Positions 25,351 to 38,512 of a DNA stretch of 64,000 nt are shown piece after piece (positions within the stretch are counted from its first letter, which is position 1; each line of letters begins with the position of its first letter). A program made the position numbers and the translations under genes. Below the pieces are notes generated by a model. It was not told the DNA's origin and did no database searches. It saw only the letters and a program-made list of their open reading frames with translations. The stretch is from the NCBI RefSeq assembly GCF_018350175.1, contig NC_058383.1:28646001-28710000 (forward strand). Reading direction: 5' to 3'. Origin of the DNA: Felis catus (taxonomy: Eukaryota).

Positions 25351-27074
25351 ATATAGGGAATACACATGTCTTTCTTTTAAAAAACTGGAAAAATACTTAC
25401 TAAAATGTTAATACTCCCACACACTATTATATACATATGTATCCATCATTATACAGGTCTGGTTTTTGTAATATAAAGTTAGGGTCTCACATTTTATTAC
25501 CTGTTCTTTTCATTGAACATATCGTGAGCATTTTCGCACATCCTCGGATGTTCTTCCCCAGCAGCAGTGTGAGAGGCTGGGTAGTCTTCTATTTGTGGCT
25601 GTATCATGAATCACTCCACCAACCCCCAGGCACTTGGGTTGTTTTCCATTTTCTCCACCACAAACAGCCCTGTAATGAGCATTCTCTAAGCTCAATCTTT
25701 ACGTGCACCTAAGAGGTGTCTTTAGGCCACACTGCCAGAGTGAATGGCTAGGTTTTAACGGATACAGATCCTACAGTCTTTCACAGGTACAGCCAAAGAT
25801 ACAGGGGAGGAGATATTCTTGCTTTAGTGAAGCCAATTTCACATGACCTACTTCTGCTTGTCCCGTCTACACCCGGCACCTTGGTTCTGCTGCCTGGTGT
25901 TTGTCTTTTTCCTTACCTCCAAGTCAAGGATTTGGAAAGCTGCTGTCTCTCTACCTGTCTCCCTCCTATGACCTGGACCCCTGGCCCTGCACACTCCTCA
26001 GGGGCTGGGGACTGCAGACTTCCCTGAAGTCACCCCCTGCCAGCTTGGATCTCAGAATGTTGCCTACTCGCAGAAGCCCGCACAACTGCTGGGAAACTCC
26101 TGATCCTAGGTTCTCCAGGATCAGGGGTAAATTGCCATCCCCTTCAATCATCTACCCCTAATAACATCCATTCCATAAGCCTCCTCTCCACCCATCAGGA
26201 CCCCCCATTTTGCTGAGGAATCTGGAAGGAAGGGCAATTACCTTTAGCTGATTCTCACCTTGAAATGAATGGCCTCCCTAACACTCTCTGAGATAATTCG
26301 TAATTTGTATGAGATAATGAGGATAAAGGCAAGGGGAAGGACCAAGAAATTAGTCAGGGCAAAGAAACGGTGGCATCACAGCTGTAGGTCTGCTGGAGAT
26401 CGTCTCCCTCCCTACCTGGCCTGGCTTCTCAGAACAGCATCTGTTTCTCCTTATATTTTCCGAGAGCTCCTAGATTTCATAGCATGGACAGTGCATGGTG
26501 TTGAGTTGGGGAGGAAGGCAGCGCACAGTGGTCTAGATGGATGGCGGGGACATGGGCAGAGGAAGGAAATGTTAAATCAAGGGTATTCACTATCCCCTCC
26601 CCCAGCCCTCCAAGCTCAGGAGGTCCTGGAGATCATGCCGCTGTCCTCTGTCCGGCTGAGCTGGTGCTGAAATGCGGGTGGAAGGGGAGCCAGAGAGGAG
26701 GAGGGCGTGAGTCTGAGAAAGAGGAGAGAGAGGGAGGGGGAGCAGAAGAGCTGTCTCAGGACTGGGACTTGAGAAGAGAGACAGATGTCTAAGGAGGAAT
26801 TTTAGGAATTGTCCATGTGACATGCTGAGTCATGATCTCAAGGTCCCTGGAATCAGATTTGGGGTCCTACTGCCCCTGACACCAGACCTAGATGGCTCCT
26901 GGGGCTGCAGCAATGAGGTCCGACTTGAGGAATGAGGGAGAAAGGAAAGGACAGGAGAAAAAAGTTAATATCAATTGTTACTGTGTGCCAGGCTCCAGTC
27001 AAGCTGGAGGACCAGCTTGGGGGAGCAGGGACTCTGGGCACAGGGTAATAGAGGGTTGTGGGGAGGAGGGGTAG

Positions 27075-27290
27075 AGGATGTTCTGGAGTCAGGTGGCCAG
27101 AGCTTGTGTCCCAGCTCTGCCCCTCACTAGCTATGTGGCCCAGGAGAGTTAGTTAACATCTCGTGACTCAGTTTCCTCATCTGTAATGTGAGGACAATAA
27201 GGGACCCCACCACCCAGGGCAGTTGTGAGGATGGAATTAACCAAGGGATGAGAGCCTCCGTGCATGGTGACGATTCCCTTTGTTATTACC
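27075..27290 (+). mobile_element. MIR
   Basis: cccagctctgccc...ctcagtttcctcatctgtaa. Confidence 0.8.
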
Positions 27291-27523
27291 ACCAGCCCGC
27301 TCTGCCGTGCTATCTCTTCTAATCCTCACCATAAGCCAGCAGGATCAAGATGTTCTCTGTTGAACAAACAAGGAAACGAAGCCCAGAGCTGAGTAAGGAA
27401 GGAGCTGAGCCCTTGTCTGCCTCCAAAACGCTGGTGCTTTGCCCCATCATGGCTGCCCTTTTTGCACACAGGTGCTCTGAGTCCAACTACCACTGTCCAT
27501 CCACATCTGAGAGTCAAGGGCAG

Positions 27524-27880
27524 TGTCTTAGTTCCCCATGGCTGCCGTAACAGATCAGCGCAAACTCAGTGGCTTAAAGCAACAGGATATTATTCTTTCT
27601 CCGTTCTGAGGCTGGAAGTCCCAGATCAAGGTGTCAGCAAGGCTGTGCTCTCTCCAAAGGCTCTGGGGGAGGGTCCCTCCTTGCCTCTCCCAGATCCTGG
27701 CAATCCTTGGCTTGTGGCAGTATTGTTACAACCTCTGCCTCCGTTTTCATGTGGCCATCTTCCCTGTGGATCTGCGTGTCCTTCTCTGTCCTTTTCTGAA
27801 AAGACCCTATTTCCAAATAAGGTCACGTTCTGAGGTTCTGGGTGGATGTGAATTTGGGAAGAGCACTATTTAGCCCACTA
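27524..27880 (-). mobile_element. MLT1C-like MaLR solo LTR
   Basis: tgtcttagtt...ggctgccgtaaca...aagaccctatttccaaataaggtcacgttctgagg. Confidence 0.85.
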
Positions 27881-28716
27881 AAGTTAAATAGCTTGCAAGG
27901 TCCCCCAATAGCCATGTCAACTTCTCAAAGAGCTTTGGTCACTGCACAAGGAGCCAGCCCTAGCTGGAAGCAGCCCAGGCCCCAGGAAGCAGTCAGGGGG
28001 AGGGGCAGAGTTAGAGATCCTTGGTCTGAAGCCAGTCACGGGCTATATGAGCTTGAATAGGCCCTTTACCTCTTAGCTTCTCTTTCTTCCTTTGCAAAAT
28101 GGGGTTCAATAGCTGCCATGTTCTATGCTGTGGCTGAGACCTCATATGATCTCATTTAATCCCTGTTTTATACCTGATGAATCTGAGGCTTAGAGAAGGA
28201 AGTGACTTGGCCAACATCACACAATCAGAATGTTGCAGAGAGAGAATGCAAACCCAATGCTCAATCTCTCTCTCTAAACCACATTACACAGCCTCTGGGC
28301 AAGGGCTAAATGCATCTATGGATGGGACCCAGCAGATATAAGTATCCTCATTTCTCAGATCATGGTTCAGATGGGTAATCTGTTTTCCATGGGACAGATG
28401 CTGAAAACAGCAGTACACCCTGGGGCGAAACGTGGGACAAAGACTTAATCACCCACCATGGATTGGCATTTCACCAATTTCCAGGTGCCGAGATGAACAT
28501 TTAGCATTGACCTGGAACAGAGAATGGGGCTGATACCTGTGTTGAAAAGCCTTGCTCCTGGAAGCTTTCCTTCCCCTGGAGAAACGAGCGAAGCCTAGAC
28601 CTCACATCAGATAGAAGATAGTTAGAATGCCGACTTGTGGATAGTGCTCTGTGTCAGGCTCTGTGCTAGGCTCATAATAGGCCTCATCTCTTTTAATCTT
28701 CACAGCGTCCTGGGTG

Positions 28717-28932
28717 AGGGGTTAGCAACTATGGCCACAGGCCAAATCCGGGCCCCTGCCTGATTGTGCAAGTAAAGTTTTATTAGAACACTGGTCATGC
28801 TCATTGAGGCATTATTTATGGCTGTTTTCACACTACCACAGCAGAACTTTGTAGTTGCAACAAAGACTGCATGGTCCATAAAACCTCAAATATTTACTGT
28901 CTGGCCCTTTACAGAAAAAGTTGCCTGCCCTA
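28717..28932 (+). mobile_element. MER58A hAT-Charlie element
   Basis: ggccaaatccgg...aaatatttactgtctggccctttacagaaaaagtt. Confidence 0.85.
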
Positions 28933-28958
28933 GATGGTAGATGTTATAATTTCCCCAG

Positions 28959-28982
28959 TTTAAAGATTTACTTATTTATTCT

Positions 28983-29031
<49 letters not shown>

Positions 29032-29197
29032 GAGTGGAAGAGGGGCAGAGAGAGAGAGAGAGGGAGAGAGAGAGAATCCCAAGCAGATTCCACGCTGTCA
29101 GCACAGAGCCCAATGCGGGGCTCGAACCCATGGACCATGAGATCATGACCTGAGCCGAAGTTAGAGGCTCACCTGACTGAGCCACACAGGTGCCCCC
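28959..29197 (-). mobile_element. Can-SINE with expanded (GA)n
   Basis: Consensus match. Confidence 0.95.
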
Positions 29198-29338
29198 CAA
29201 ATTGAGCATATTCTATTGCACTGGGTAAGTGGGAAATATCTGTTCTCAAGCATTAGCAGACATGGTGATTATCCGGGCAGCTTGTTAAAAAGGCAGAGTC
29301 TCTGTTTCTACCCCAAGTGGCTAGGATAACACCAGGTT

Positions 29339-30365
29339 ACTTCAAGCTGTACTACAAAGCTATAACCATCAAGACAGTATGGTACTAGCACATAAACAGA
29401 CACATAGATCATTGGAACAGAAAACCCAGAAATGGACCCACAACTATATGGTCAACTCATCTTCAACAAAGCAGGAAAGAATACCCAGTGGAAAAAAAGT
29501 CTCTTAAACAAACGGCACTGGGAGAACTGGACAGCAGAAGAATGAACCTGGACAACTTTCCTACACCATACACAAAAATAAATTCAAAATGGATGAAAGA
29601 CCTAAATGTGAGACCAGAAACCATCAAAATCCTAGAGGAGAATACAGGCAGCAACATCTTTGACCTTGGCTGGAGCAACTTCTTACTAGACACATCTCTG
29701 GAGGCAGACAAAAGCAAACATGAACGACTGGGACTTCAAGATAAAAAGCTTCTGCACAGTGAAGGAAACAATTAACAAAACTAAAATGCAGCCTAGGGAA
29801 TGGGAGAGGATATTTGCAAATGATATATCTGATAAAGGGTTAATATCCAAAATCCATAAGGAACTTATCAAACTCAACACCCAAAAAACAAATAATCCAA
29901 TGAAGAAATGGACAAAAGACATGAATAGACACTTCTCCAAAGAAGACAACCAGATGGCTAATAGACATATGAAAAGATGCTCAACATTACTCATCATCAG
30001 GGAAATACAAATCAAAACTACAGTGAGATACCACCTCATACCTGTCAGAATGGCTAAAATCAACAACACCAGAAACAACAGGTATTGGTGAGATACAGAG
30101 AAAGGGGAACCCTCTTGCACTGTTGGTAGGAATGCAAACTTGTGTAGCCACTATGGAAAACAGTATGGCGGTTACTTAGAAAGTTAAAAATAGAACTACC
30201 TTATGATCCACAATTGCACTACTAGGTATTTACCCAAAGGATACAAAAATACAGACTTGAAGGGGCACATGCACCCCAATGTTTATAGCAGCATTATCAA
30301 CAATAGCCAAACTTTGGAGAGAGCCCAAATGTCCACTGACTGATGAATGGATAAAGAAGATGTGT

Positions 30366-30421
<56 letters not shown>

Positions 30422-30838
30422 GGAATATTACCCAGCCATTAAAAAGAATGAAATCTTGCCATTTGCAATGACGTGGGTGGAGGTAGAATGTATTAAGCTA
30501 AGCGAAATAAGTCAGTCAGAGAAAGACAAACACTATACAATTTCACTCATATGTGGAATTTAAGAAACAAAACAGATGAACATACGGGAAGGGGAAAGAA
30601 GAGAGAGGGAAACAAACCGTAAGAGTCTCTTAATAACAGAGAACAAACTGAGGATTGATGGAGGGAGGTGGGTGCGGGATGGGCTAGATGGGGGATGGCC
30701 ATTAAGGAGAGCACTTGTGATGAACACAGGGTGTTGTGTGGAAGTGATGAATCACTGCATTCTACTCCTGAAACCAGTATTGCACTGTGTGTGAACTAAC
30801 TAGAATTTAAATAAAAATTTGAAAAGGAAAAAAAAAAA
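29339..30838 (+). mobile_element. 5'-truncated carnivore L1 (ORF2 C-terminal pseudogene, 3' UTR, poly-A)
   Basis: [37 protein letters not shown] and MFIAALSTIAK motifs with stops/frameshifts; diverged TSD ggataacaccaggtt / gggtaagaccaggtt. Confidence 0.95.
30369..30418. repeat. (AC)25 microsatellite within L1
   Basis: Perfect repeat. Confidence 0.97.
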
Positions 30839-31109
30839 CGGGTAAGACCAGGTTGAGCCACTGTGTCCGGGGACCTCATGCAGGAGGTCTTTACACCAGA
30901 CTCTGAGAAATGCTGGTGCCGGTCATGAAGAAATGAACGTCACACATGATCACCTTCTTTGTAGACTGGGCTTTCATGATAGAACTAGCATGATGGAAAC
31001 TTTCTTGACAACATTTTCCTGCTAGAAGGCAGGCATCCAACAGCTGTTGGATGGGTGTGCCCATGAGGAGGACAAATCCTGGAAAAAGACGGAATAGTGT
31101 TTCCAGCTG

Positions 31110-31260
31110 GCTAGAGAAGATGGCGGTCACAAGGCTGCTGCGTAGAGAGAGCAACGCTCTAAAGCATGGAAGTCCCCAGGGCTCTAACTGCCACTGACGT
31201 CACTGAGCTCCCAGGAGCTGAGTCACTTCTGGGGGATGAGGCAGCTAAATCCATCTTTTT
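31110..31260. promoter_or_regulatory. Candidate enhancer/promoter motif cluster
   Basis: AAGATGGCGG (YY1-like, 31117-31126), TGACGTCA (full CRE, 31195-31202) and TGAGTCA (AP-1, 31219-31225) within about 110 bp of unique DNA. Confidence 0.3.
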
Positions 31261-31659
31261 ATCCCCAAATGCCACCACACCGGGGAAATGCATGCCCTCA
31301 TTTTAGCACTGCCCCACAAGCAAGCAAGAGCTGAGCACTGGGCATGACTGGGACGTACCAACAGGTCTCATTACATACCTTGAAAATTTAAAGCCGTCCT
31401 GGGACAGGGTGGGGGCAGTGGTGATGGTAGGTGAGGGCTGGCAATCTCCTAGAAGCTTGTAATTTAAGTATAGGCAGGAAGGGGTAAAACCATGCTGGGG
31501 AACAGAGAAGTCCTCCCTTTCCAACGATGGGTCCAAGTAGGAATTTAAGCCCAGGGTCTCCCGGACAATCTCTCCTCTTATTTCTGCCTTGTAACTTTCA
31601 CACACACAGTATATGCCCCCAGAGGTCACTCACGTGGAACATTGCTGGTCAGCGTGGTG

Positions 31660-31832
31660 CTGTGTCACCACGTACCTAAATGCCTTGGCAGGAAGATACT
31701 ATCATTATTGCCCTTCCTTTATAGACAAATAAGTGAGGCTCAGAGAGATCAGAAGTGATTGGCCACAATCACTGAACTAGGGAGTCCCAGAGTTGGACTC
31801 AGACCCAGATCGTTCTGATTTCAAAGCCCATG
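31660..31832 (-). mobile_element. MIR
   Basis: tttatagacaaataagtgaggctcagagag. Confidence 0.7.
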
Positions 31833-31910
31833 CTGTAGATCAAAGGGCTATTGAAGAGCATTTCCCAAACCTCAATCACTGCACAGAATTCACCACAGCC
31901 ATGTACTACC

Positions 31911-32290
31911 TGCTGTGGCCTCAATGTTTGGGTCCCATCCCCCAAATGCACAGGTTGAAATCCTAAACCCTAGTCTGATGGTATTAGGAGATGAGGCCTT
32001 TGGGAGGTAATTAGGGTTAGATGAGGTCATGAGAGTGAGGCCCCATGATAGGATTAGTGTCCTTATAAGAAGACACATTAGATTTGATTTCTCTCTCTCT
32101 GCTGTCCGCCATGCAAGGACACAGTTACAAGATAGCCATCTACAAGCCAGGAAGAGGTTCTCACCAAACATGAGATGTGCCAGTGCCTTAACCTTGGACT
32201 CCCAAGCCTCCAGAACCGTGAGAAATCAATGTTTGTTGTTTAAGCCCCCCAGTCTATGGTATTTTGTTACAGCTGCCCGAGCAAAGCCAC
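31911..32290 (+). mobile_element. MLT1A-type MaLR solo LTR
   Basis: gttgaaatcctaaacc...ggattagtgtccttataaga...cagtctatggtattttgttacagc. Confidence 0.9.
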
Positions 32291-32510
32291 TCTCTATATA
32301 ATCATTTCCTCAATAGTTCTTTAGGCTGACTTTTTATTCTTTTATTCAATTAAACTCCTTAAAGGAAATCTCATATCATATCCATACAGAGTAAGTCACT
32401 ATCACTTAGCATAATTGGGAAGGAGCCATAAAAATAATTCCAATGGAAACAAAGCAATGTTATTAAATTCTGGCTAAATGCTCAGATTGAAGCCGAATTT
32501 TTCTTTCTTT

Positions 32511-32725
32511 CTTTTTTTAAATTTTTTAACGTTTATTTATTTTTGAGAGGCAGAAAGACAGAGCACAAATGGGGGAGGGGCAAAGGGAGAGACACACACA
32601 CACAGAATCTGAAGCAGGCTTCAGGCTCTGAGCTGTCAGCACAGAGCCCGACGCGGGGTCGAACCCACAGATCGTGAGATCATGACCTGAGCCAAAGTCT
32701 GGACACTTAACCGACTGAGCCACCC
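32511..32725 (-). mobile_element. Can-SINE (slightly 5' truncated)
   Basis: TSD gaatttttctttctt. Confidence 0.93.
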
Positions 32726-33435
32726 TGAATTTTTCTTTCTTAACAATGTGGATTAGCAAGTTCTAGAAAGCTCGCAAGTGCTAGAGATGCATTAAAGGCA
32801 GACCACCAAATTGAGGCTTGCTTCTTTGGTAATCGTGAAGGCTGATAATGGCGGGGGTGGGGGGAGGAGTGATTTTCCCACAATGTAATTCGGTGTTGTT
32901 TGATGCTAGAAGCATCTGGGTACCACAGAGGGTACCCTTGTCACCCCACAACACCCCTGGAAAAGCCGTCGTAGAGTGGAATCCCAGCCCTTTGGGTTGG
33001 AAGGGCATCGGAGGTCACTTAGTCAAGTTCATATCTGCGTCTGACAGGCTGTCACCTGACTCAACAGGATGCAGTTCTGAGGGTCCCTTGACAAAAAGCA
33101 ATAGGCCCAAACTCTGGTGTTGTCCCTGGAAAATTAAATGAGAACAGAAGCCTGAAGGAAAATTCTCAACCGTGTATCAAATTTCTCACCCAAAGATGCA
33201 TCAGCCATTTTGAGTCATTATTTCAACCCAGCTCATATCATAGGGGCAACTACATGAGTGGACCTATTCATTTCGGCCCCAACCAACATTTCTGAGATGC
33301 CTAGCATCCTTAGAACAACCTCAGAAGGACACGTGAGACAAGGGCCATGGTAGTTGTCTGTGGGGGACTGGGAGGGGTCAGTGTTGGGACGATCACTTCC
33401 ACCTAATATGTCCATTGTTTGAAATAAAAAAAAAG

Positions 33436-33641
33436 TTTTTAACATTTATTTTAAAGAGACAGAGACAGAGCACAGGCAGGAGAGGGGCAGAGAGAGAGAG
33501 AGGGAGACGCAGAATCCAAAGCAGGCTCCAGGCTCTGAGCCGTCAGCATAGAGCCCGAAGAGGGGATCGAACCCACAAACCATGAGATCATGACCTGATC
33601 TGAAGTCGGACACTTAACTGACTGAGCCACCCAGGCGCCAC
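33436..33641 (-). mobile_element. Can-SINE
   Basis: Consensus match. Confidence 0.93.
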
Positions 33642-33654
33642 CTCTCCCCTTGTT

Positions 33655-33815
33655 TGAATTTTTAAATAGACTTCCCATTTGGGAGTGATTTTAGATTTAC
33701 AGAGAAGTTACAGATACCACGGAGATTTCCCATATACCCTTCACCTACTTCCCACCACTGCTAACATCACCAAGACACTGATGTTGGTGCATTGCTATTA
33801 GCTATATTGTTTGAA
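33655..33815 (-). mobile_element. L1MB/MC-type 3' end fragment
   Basis: ttttagatttacagagaagtt...cccatatacccttcacc. Confidence 0.65.
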
Positions 33816-33870
33816 TTTTAGCATGAGCAGATGGTATCTACTCAAGGTAGATTTAAAATAAAGAAACAAA

Positions 33871-33997
33871 GGGGGCGCCTGGGTAGCTCAGTCAGTTAAG
33901 CATCAGACTCTTGGTTTTGGCTCAGATCGTGATCTCGCGGTTCATGGGATCCAGCCCCGCTTTGGGCTCTGCAGTGGCAGCACGGAGCCTCCTTGGG

Positions 33998-34035
<38 letters not shown>

Positions 34036-34095
34036 CTTCCCCTGCTCACTCTTGCATGCTCTTTCTCTCAAAATAAGTAAATAAACTTAAAAAAT
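33871..34095 (+). mobile_element. Can-SINE
   Basis: TSD taaagaaacaa. Confidence 0.95.
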
Positions 34096-34554
34096 AGTAA
34101 AGAAACAAGGAGCAAAGAAAAAAAAACTGGTGGGTGCAGGTGCTGAGGGAGCGAGGCAGCCCCTGAAGAGGGCAAGTGAAGGGGGCAGTTATGGGCATGG
34201 GTTTTGGGGTCTCAGGGCTGGCTCCTCTGCTGACCTTGGTCCCACCCATTGATGACTCTGGGCCTCAGTTTCTTCATCTGCAATGTAGGGACAATCATAC
34301 CCATTTCATAGGTGATGTATGTAAGTGGCAGGCATATAGCAAGTTCTTTCTATAACTCTCTCTGTAATATCTGTTCTTATTACTCCTTTAATAAATATGC
34401 ATTAAAAACCCACTTGGTGCCAGATACCGCTCTAAGCAACAGGGATGGAACAAGACAGATGAAATCCCTGCTCTTGTCAGGTTGAGCTTCCAGGAAAGGG
34501 CTTACATGTCAGGGAAGAAGGTCATTAGCTCACCATCAGCTCACTCCTGATGGC

Positions 34555-34745
34555 AGATCCCGGTTCGAGTCTCAGATCTACCACAAAGTGCGTGCTCTGG
34601 ACACACCACTTAATCTTCCTAAACTCAGTTTCCTCTTCTGTACAATGGGCCAGTACCTCCCACCTCACAGAGGTGCTGCTGTGGAGGTGAACTAACATGT
34701 CAAGGGCTGGGTGTGGTGCCTGGCACGACAAAGGGTGCTCAACAG
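34555..34745 (+). mobile_element. MIR
   Basis: ctcagtttcctcttctgtacaatggg...gtgcctggcac. Confidence 0.75.
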
Positions 34746-35569
34746 CATTCTGACTGTCATCCTGTGTCCTTCCCCTGGAGGAAGCCAGACTAACGCGGGG
34801 AAGGAAACGGAATGAGGGTCATCGCATCTGGAGAACAACAGCTTGCATTTGGCCCATTCCTCTGTCCCTCTAGGTAAGACCGTGGTCCTCCCGTTCTGCC
34901 TGCCTGGAAGCAGGGTCCAGAAGGTTCCCCCCAGCCCTCTGTCAGGAGCCAGTGCCTTAGCTCAGCACTGGGTGTGCATAGGCACGTCCTCCCACCCAGC
35001 AGTCTTAAATACCAGGGAAATATATCTGAGCCCCATTACTGGGCAGAGAATATCCTGATGCATTCCTAGGGCTCCTGGGGACACCCCAGTCTTTTATTGT
35101 CATCAATCATTCACATAGGAAAGAAGCTCATTTCAGCCCCCAAACGTTGCGTTATGGGATGCACCAAGCATCTCCCCCTTCTTGGTATAATGTGAATATA
35201 ATAGGAAACAGCCGGTTGCTTTTAATGACTCATCATTTCCCAAGAAGACGAAGTAACTGCTTTTAGTTCAAACGCTCCTGGCTGCTCCACCCCCTCCCCA
35301 GCCTGCCTTGTGAAGGAGGGTGCCGCCCGGGTCCTGCTGGTAATCATCCCTCCTGGGGCACCGCGTCTCCCCGAATGTCCTCTTTACACTCACGATCACC
35401 CAGCAAGGAAGGTTTTGCAGCGGAGGAAACTGACTCGCCTCCAAATCTTGACAATGGTTATTATTCTCTCAAGTGACTTTGGGCACATTTTTTAGCTTCT
35501 CTGAGTTTCTAGTTTCTCAGCCACATCTGACTTGTCTGAGATCGCAAGAGTAATTAGGAGACAGCACCC

Positions 35570-35740
35570 TCAGCCCTGGGGTTAAGAAACAAGCTCCTGA
35601 GTCAAGCCAACTTGGGTATAAATCCCGGCTCTGCCCCTTTCTAACTGCTGACCTTGGGCAAATGACTTAACCTTCAGGCTGAAGTAAACCTTAAGGCTTA
35701 AAGCAAGCCTCGGTGTCCTTATCTGTAAACTGGGGGTAAA
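35570..35740 (+). mobile_element. MIR
   Basis: aaatcccggctctgcc...gaccttgggcaaatgacttaacc. Confidence 0.8.
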
Positions 35741-35851
35741 GAAGTAGAATGTGAGAATACTGAAGGCTCATTCTGAAAGCTCGGGGACGGAAGCTAAGGC
35801 AAGGGTTTTATCTTACTTTCACTCAGTAGCCTCTAAGCCCTTTGCCCGGAC

Positions 35852-36042
35852 CAGAGTTTCTCACCCTCAGCACTAATGACATCTAGGGCCAGATCATTCT
35901 CTGCTGAGGGGGCCGTCTCGTGTGTCGTAGGATTATTAACAGTATCCCTGTCTTCTACCCACTAGATGCCCGTAGCACACACCTACCAACCCCAAATGTC
36001 TTCAAACAGGGGGGCAAAATTATCCCAGACCGAGAATCACTG
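35852..36042 (+). mobile_element. MER20 hAT-Charlie element
   Basis: cagagtttctcaccctcagcacta...ctacccactagatgcc...gagaatcactg. Confidence 0.85.
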
Positions 36043-36710
36043 GTTTAGATCCACTTTTTCAGGAGTGCTCCTAGGAGCATCTTACTTCTTGTTTGCTGTA
36101 CAAGGTAACATATTCACAGGTTCCGTGGATTAGGTTGTGAACATCTTGAAGGTGCCATTATTCAGCCTATCACAGTTTACATAATAGAGAAGGCCGAAGA
36201 AATCTACCATGGAGGGTCCTAGGATGGGATCATTATCATCCTTGAGGGTAGAAACGCTGGTCTGTAGGGAGGAACCAGCTCAGCGAAGGACGTGGGACAA
36301 CAGAGCAGTGAGACTGCCCTCTTGCTCACTGGGCATTGTCCACGTCACCCAGCTGAGTGCCAGCAGCCATGGTAGGGCACCGCTTAACTGACAGCATGGC
36401 TCAAGCTGGAATGTTGGCTCTGCCCCTTACTGGCTTGTGCCCCTGGACACGTTATTTAAATTCTCTGAGCTTCCTCTTTCTCGCTTGTAAAGTGGGACCA
36501 ACAATACTCACTTGCAATATTTGTTCATCCCGTTTGCACAGTTGGTAAGTAGGTTATGCAACCTTACCCACCCTCAGCATCCATCATTTGTTAAGTTGAG
36601 ACAATAATAGAAACTATTCATTGGCTGTAGTGAGGGTTGAGTCAGAGATTGTAAGTCTAGGCTACTACATCAAAAAGACCAGGTTAGATCTTGATAAATG
36701 TCAATTATCA

Positions 36711-36755
36711 TTCACCATCATCATCACCATCACCACAAACATCACCATCACCATC
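36711..36755. repeat. (CAT/CAC)n imperfect repeat
   Basis: caccatcatcatcaccatcaccac... Confidence 0.8.
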
Positions 36756-37039
36756 AAAAAAGAGAAAGCATCCAACCTTAGAGTCCACCACAGCTGGAGC
36801 TAAGGATGGGAAAGGACACAGGAGATCAGCCCCTTGGGAACCCCTGGCCCCTTTACCTCCCTTCCCAGAACTCTGTTCATTGGGAATACCCCACCTCATA
36901 CACCATCTCATCTCATGTCTTCTTAAGGATGAGAAGCAACCAAAAGCCACGTATCCCACCTACATCATCCACAAAACAAGCACTAGGCCTGGGCTGGGGG
37001 AGTGATATTAAGGTAATGGAAACAATTTCTTTTTTAGAA

Positions 37040-37510
37040 ACAAGTATTCTAGAACATTATCCTTCAAGGAAATAATCTTGGAACACTTTATGATCCTAAT
37101 AATACTAACGTTCCTCAAGCCTTTTAAGACGTTTCTTAGGCCCTCATACCACTATTAAATCCTTTCTGGATTAAGGAGAGGTACTAATAAACAAACTTTT
37201 TGATAATTGCTTTCAAATCAGTTTATGAGTCATCAAAGAGAAGTAGTTTAACACATTTAAATTCATGTTTTTATATTCACATGATCTGATTACCCACTTT
37301 ATTTGCACAATCTGGCTCAGAATGACTTTTGGTAGTTCCAAAAAATCAAACTCCCTCTCCAACGCAAAGGTTTATCACCCTAGTGGATGTTCACAATATC
37401 TCAGCACAGACTGGGACTACAGGTTCAAAGGAGGATTTTTAGAAAGGTTCTCATCTGAATAATGTGTGTTACCATCAAGGTGGGGCTTTGAAGGTGATGA
37501 CACACGAGTT
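37040..37510 (+). mobile_element. MARNA-like mariner-derived fossil
   Basis: atctggctcagaatgacttttggtagttccaaaaaatcaaa resembles decayed YSPDLAP-NDFWLFPKIK coding DNA; ends ctttgaaggtga. Confidence 0.6.
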
Positions 37511-38512
37511 CTGGCAGATTATTTAGCAGTGTGTAATGTCATTTTTCATTACTTGGCATCCTCCCTCCAACACTTCTAAGTGACCTTCAATGAATCATCG
37601 AACAGCTCTGTCATATTTCTCCCAGCCCCGAGCAGAAGGGCTTGGGTTAGTTTCTGAGATCCTTTGAGACCATATAAGAGAACGAAACATTCTCGCTAAT
37701 TCAGTGGGAATTGTTACGGATGTCAAATTAAAACTGTGGAAATCGATAACCCTGTAATAAACAATAGAATGATTGTCCAATTAAAATTGCATAACAACAA
37801 ATGTTTCTCAGCACTTCTGCAGGTTCGTTCTATTATTCCAAGTTCATTTAAAAAAACATCCTCCAGCCCTGCAACCTCAATGATTTCATGAATATAGGCA
37901 ATTATGAATCTACCCTGAGCCGTGATTCATGCATCTCTACTAAGACGCCCTAACACTTGCAATTTACAAACCAATTCCCAAGTAAGTGAAGGGCGAGGGT
38001 CACGCAAGGATGGGTAGGAAACCAGATGGTGCTGCTGAAAACCATGCTTGGTGAGGCTAAAATTACTGGAATCTAGAGGAAAATTAATTGGGACTGTCAA
38101 AAGTAATATTTCAGTTTTTAAAAATTGCCTAGCCTAGAAATCATGTGGCTCATTTCATCCCTCACCGGCTGGAAACTTAGGGATAAACTGCTTGGAGAAT
38201 ATTATTTTCATTAAGAAAATTCGAGACAGGGGACTATAGCATGGGATAAACCATCGTATGAATGGGGGTGATTTGGGTGTGAGTTGAGGAGTCTGAGAGC
38301 ACCAGCCAAGGGAAGCCAATGCAAGGATTGCATGTAAGCATGGGTGGGCCAAGGTCAATGTTCACCAACACAGATGGCACGCGGGGAAGCCAGAGGCAAA
38401 GCTGGATCACAGGAAATGCTAGATGGGAAGTCCAGCATAAGAAGTAAGACATGCCCCAACAGGAAGATCGACCACAAAGGCAAGAGCTTCAGGATTGGAA
38501 ATACTCAAGGAT

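Larger units (their letters stand above)
31857..32968. mobile_element. Charlie4a-like hAT element split by an LTR and a SINE
   Basis: catttcccaaac start; ccataaaaataattccaatggaaacaaagcaatgttattaaattct; caccaaattgag. Confidence 0.6.

Noticed and set aside
29339..30838. Functional L1 ORF2
   Set aside because: 5' truncated with stops, frameshifts and a microsatellite insertion
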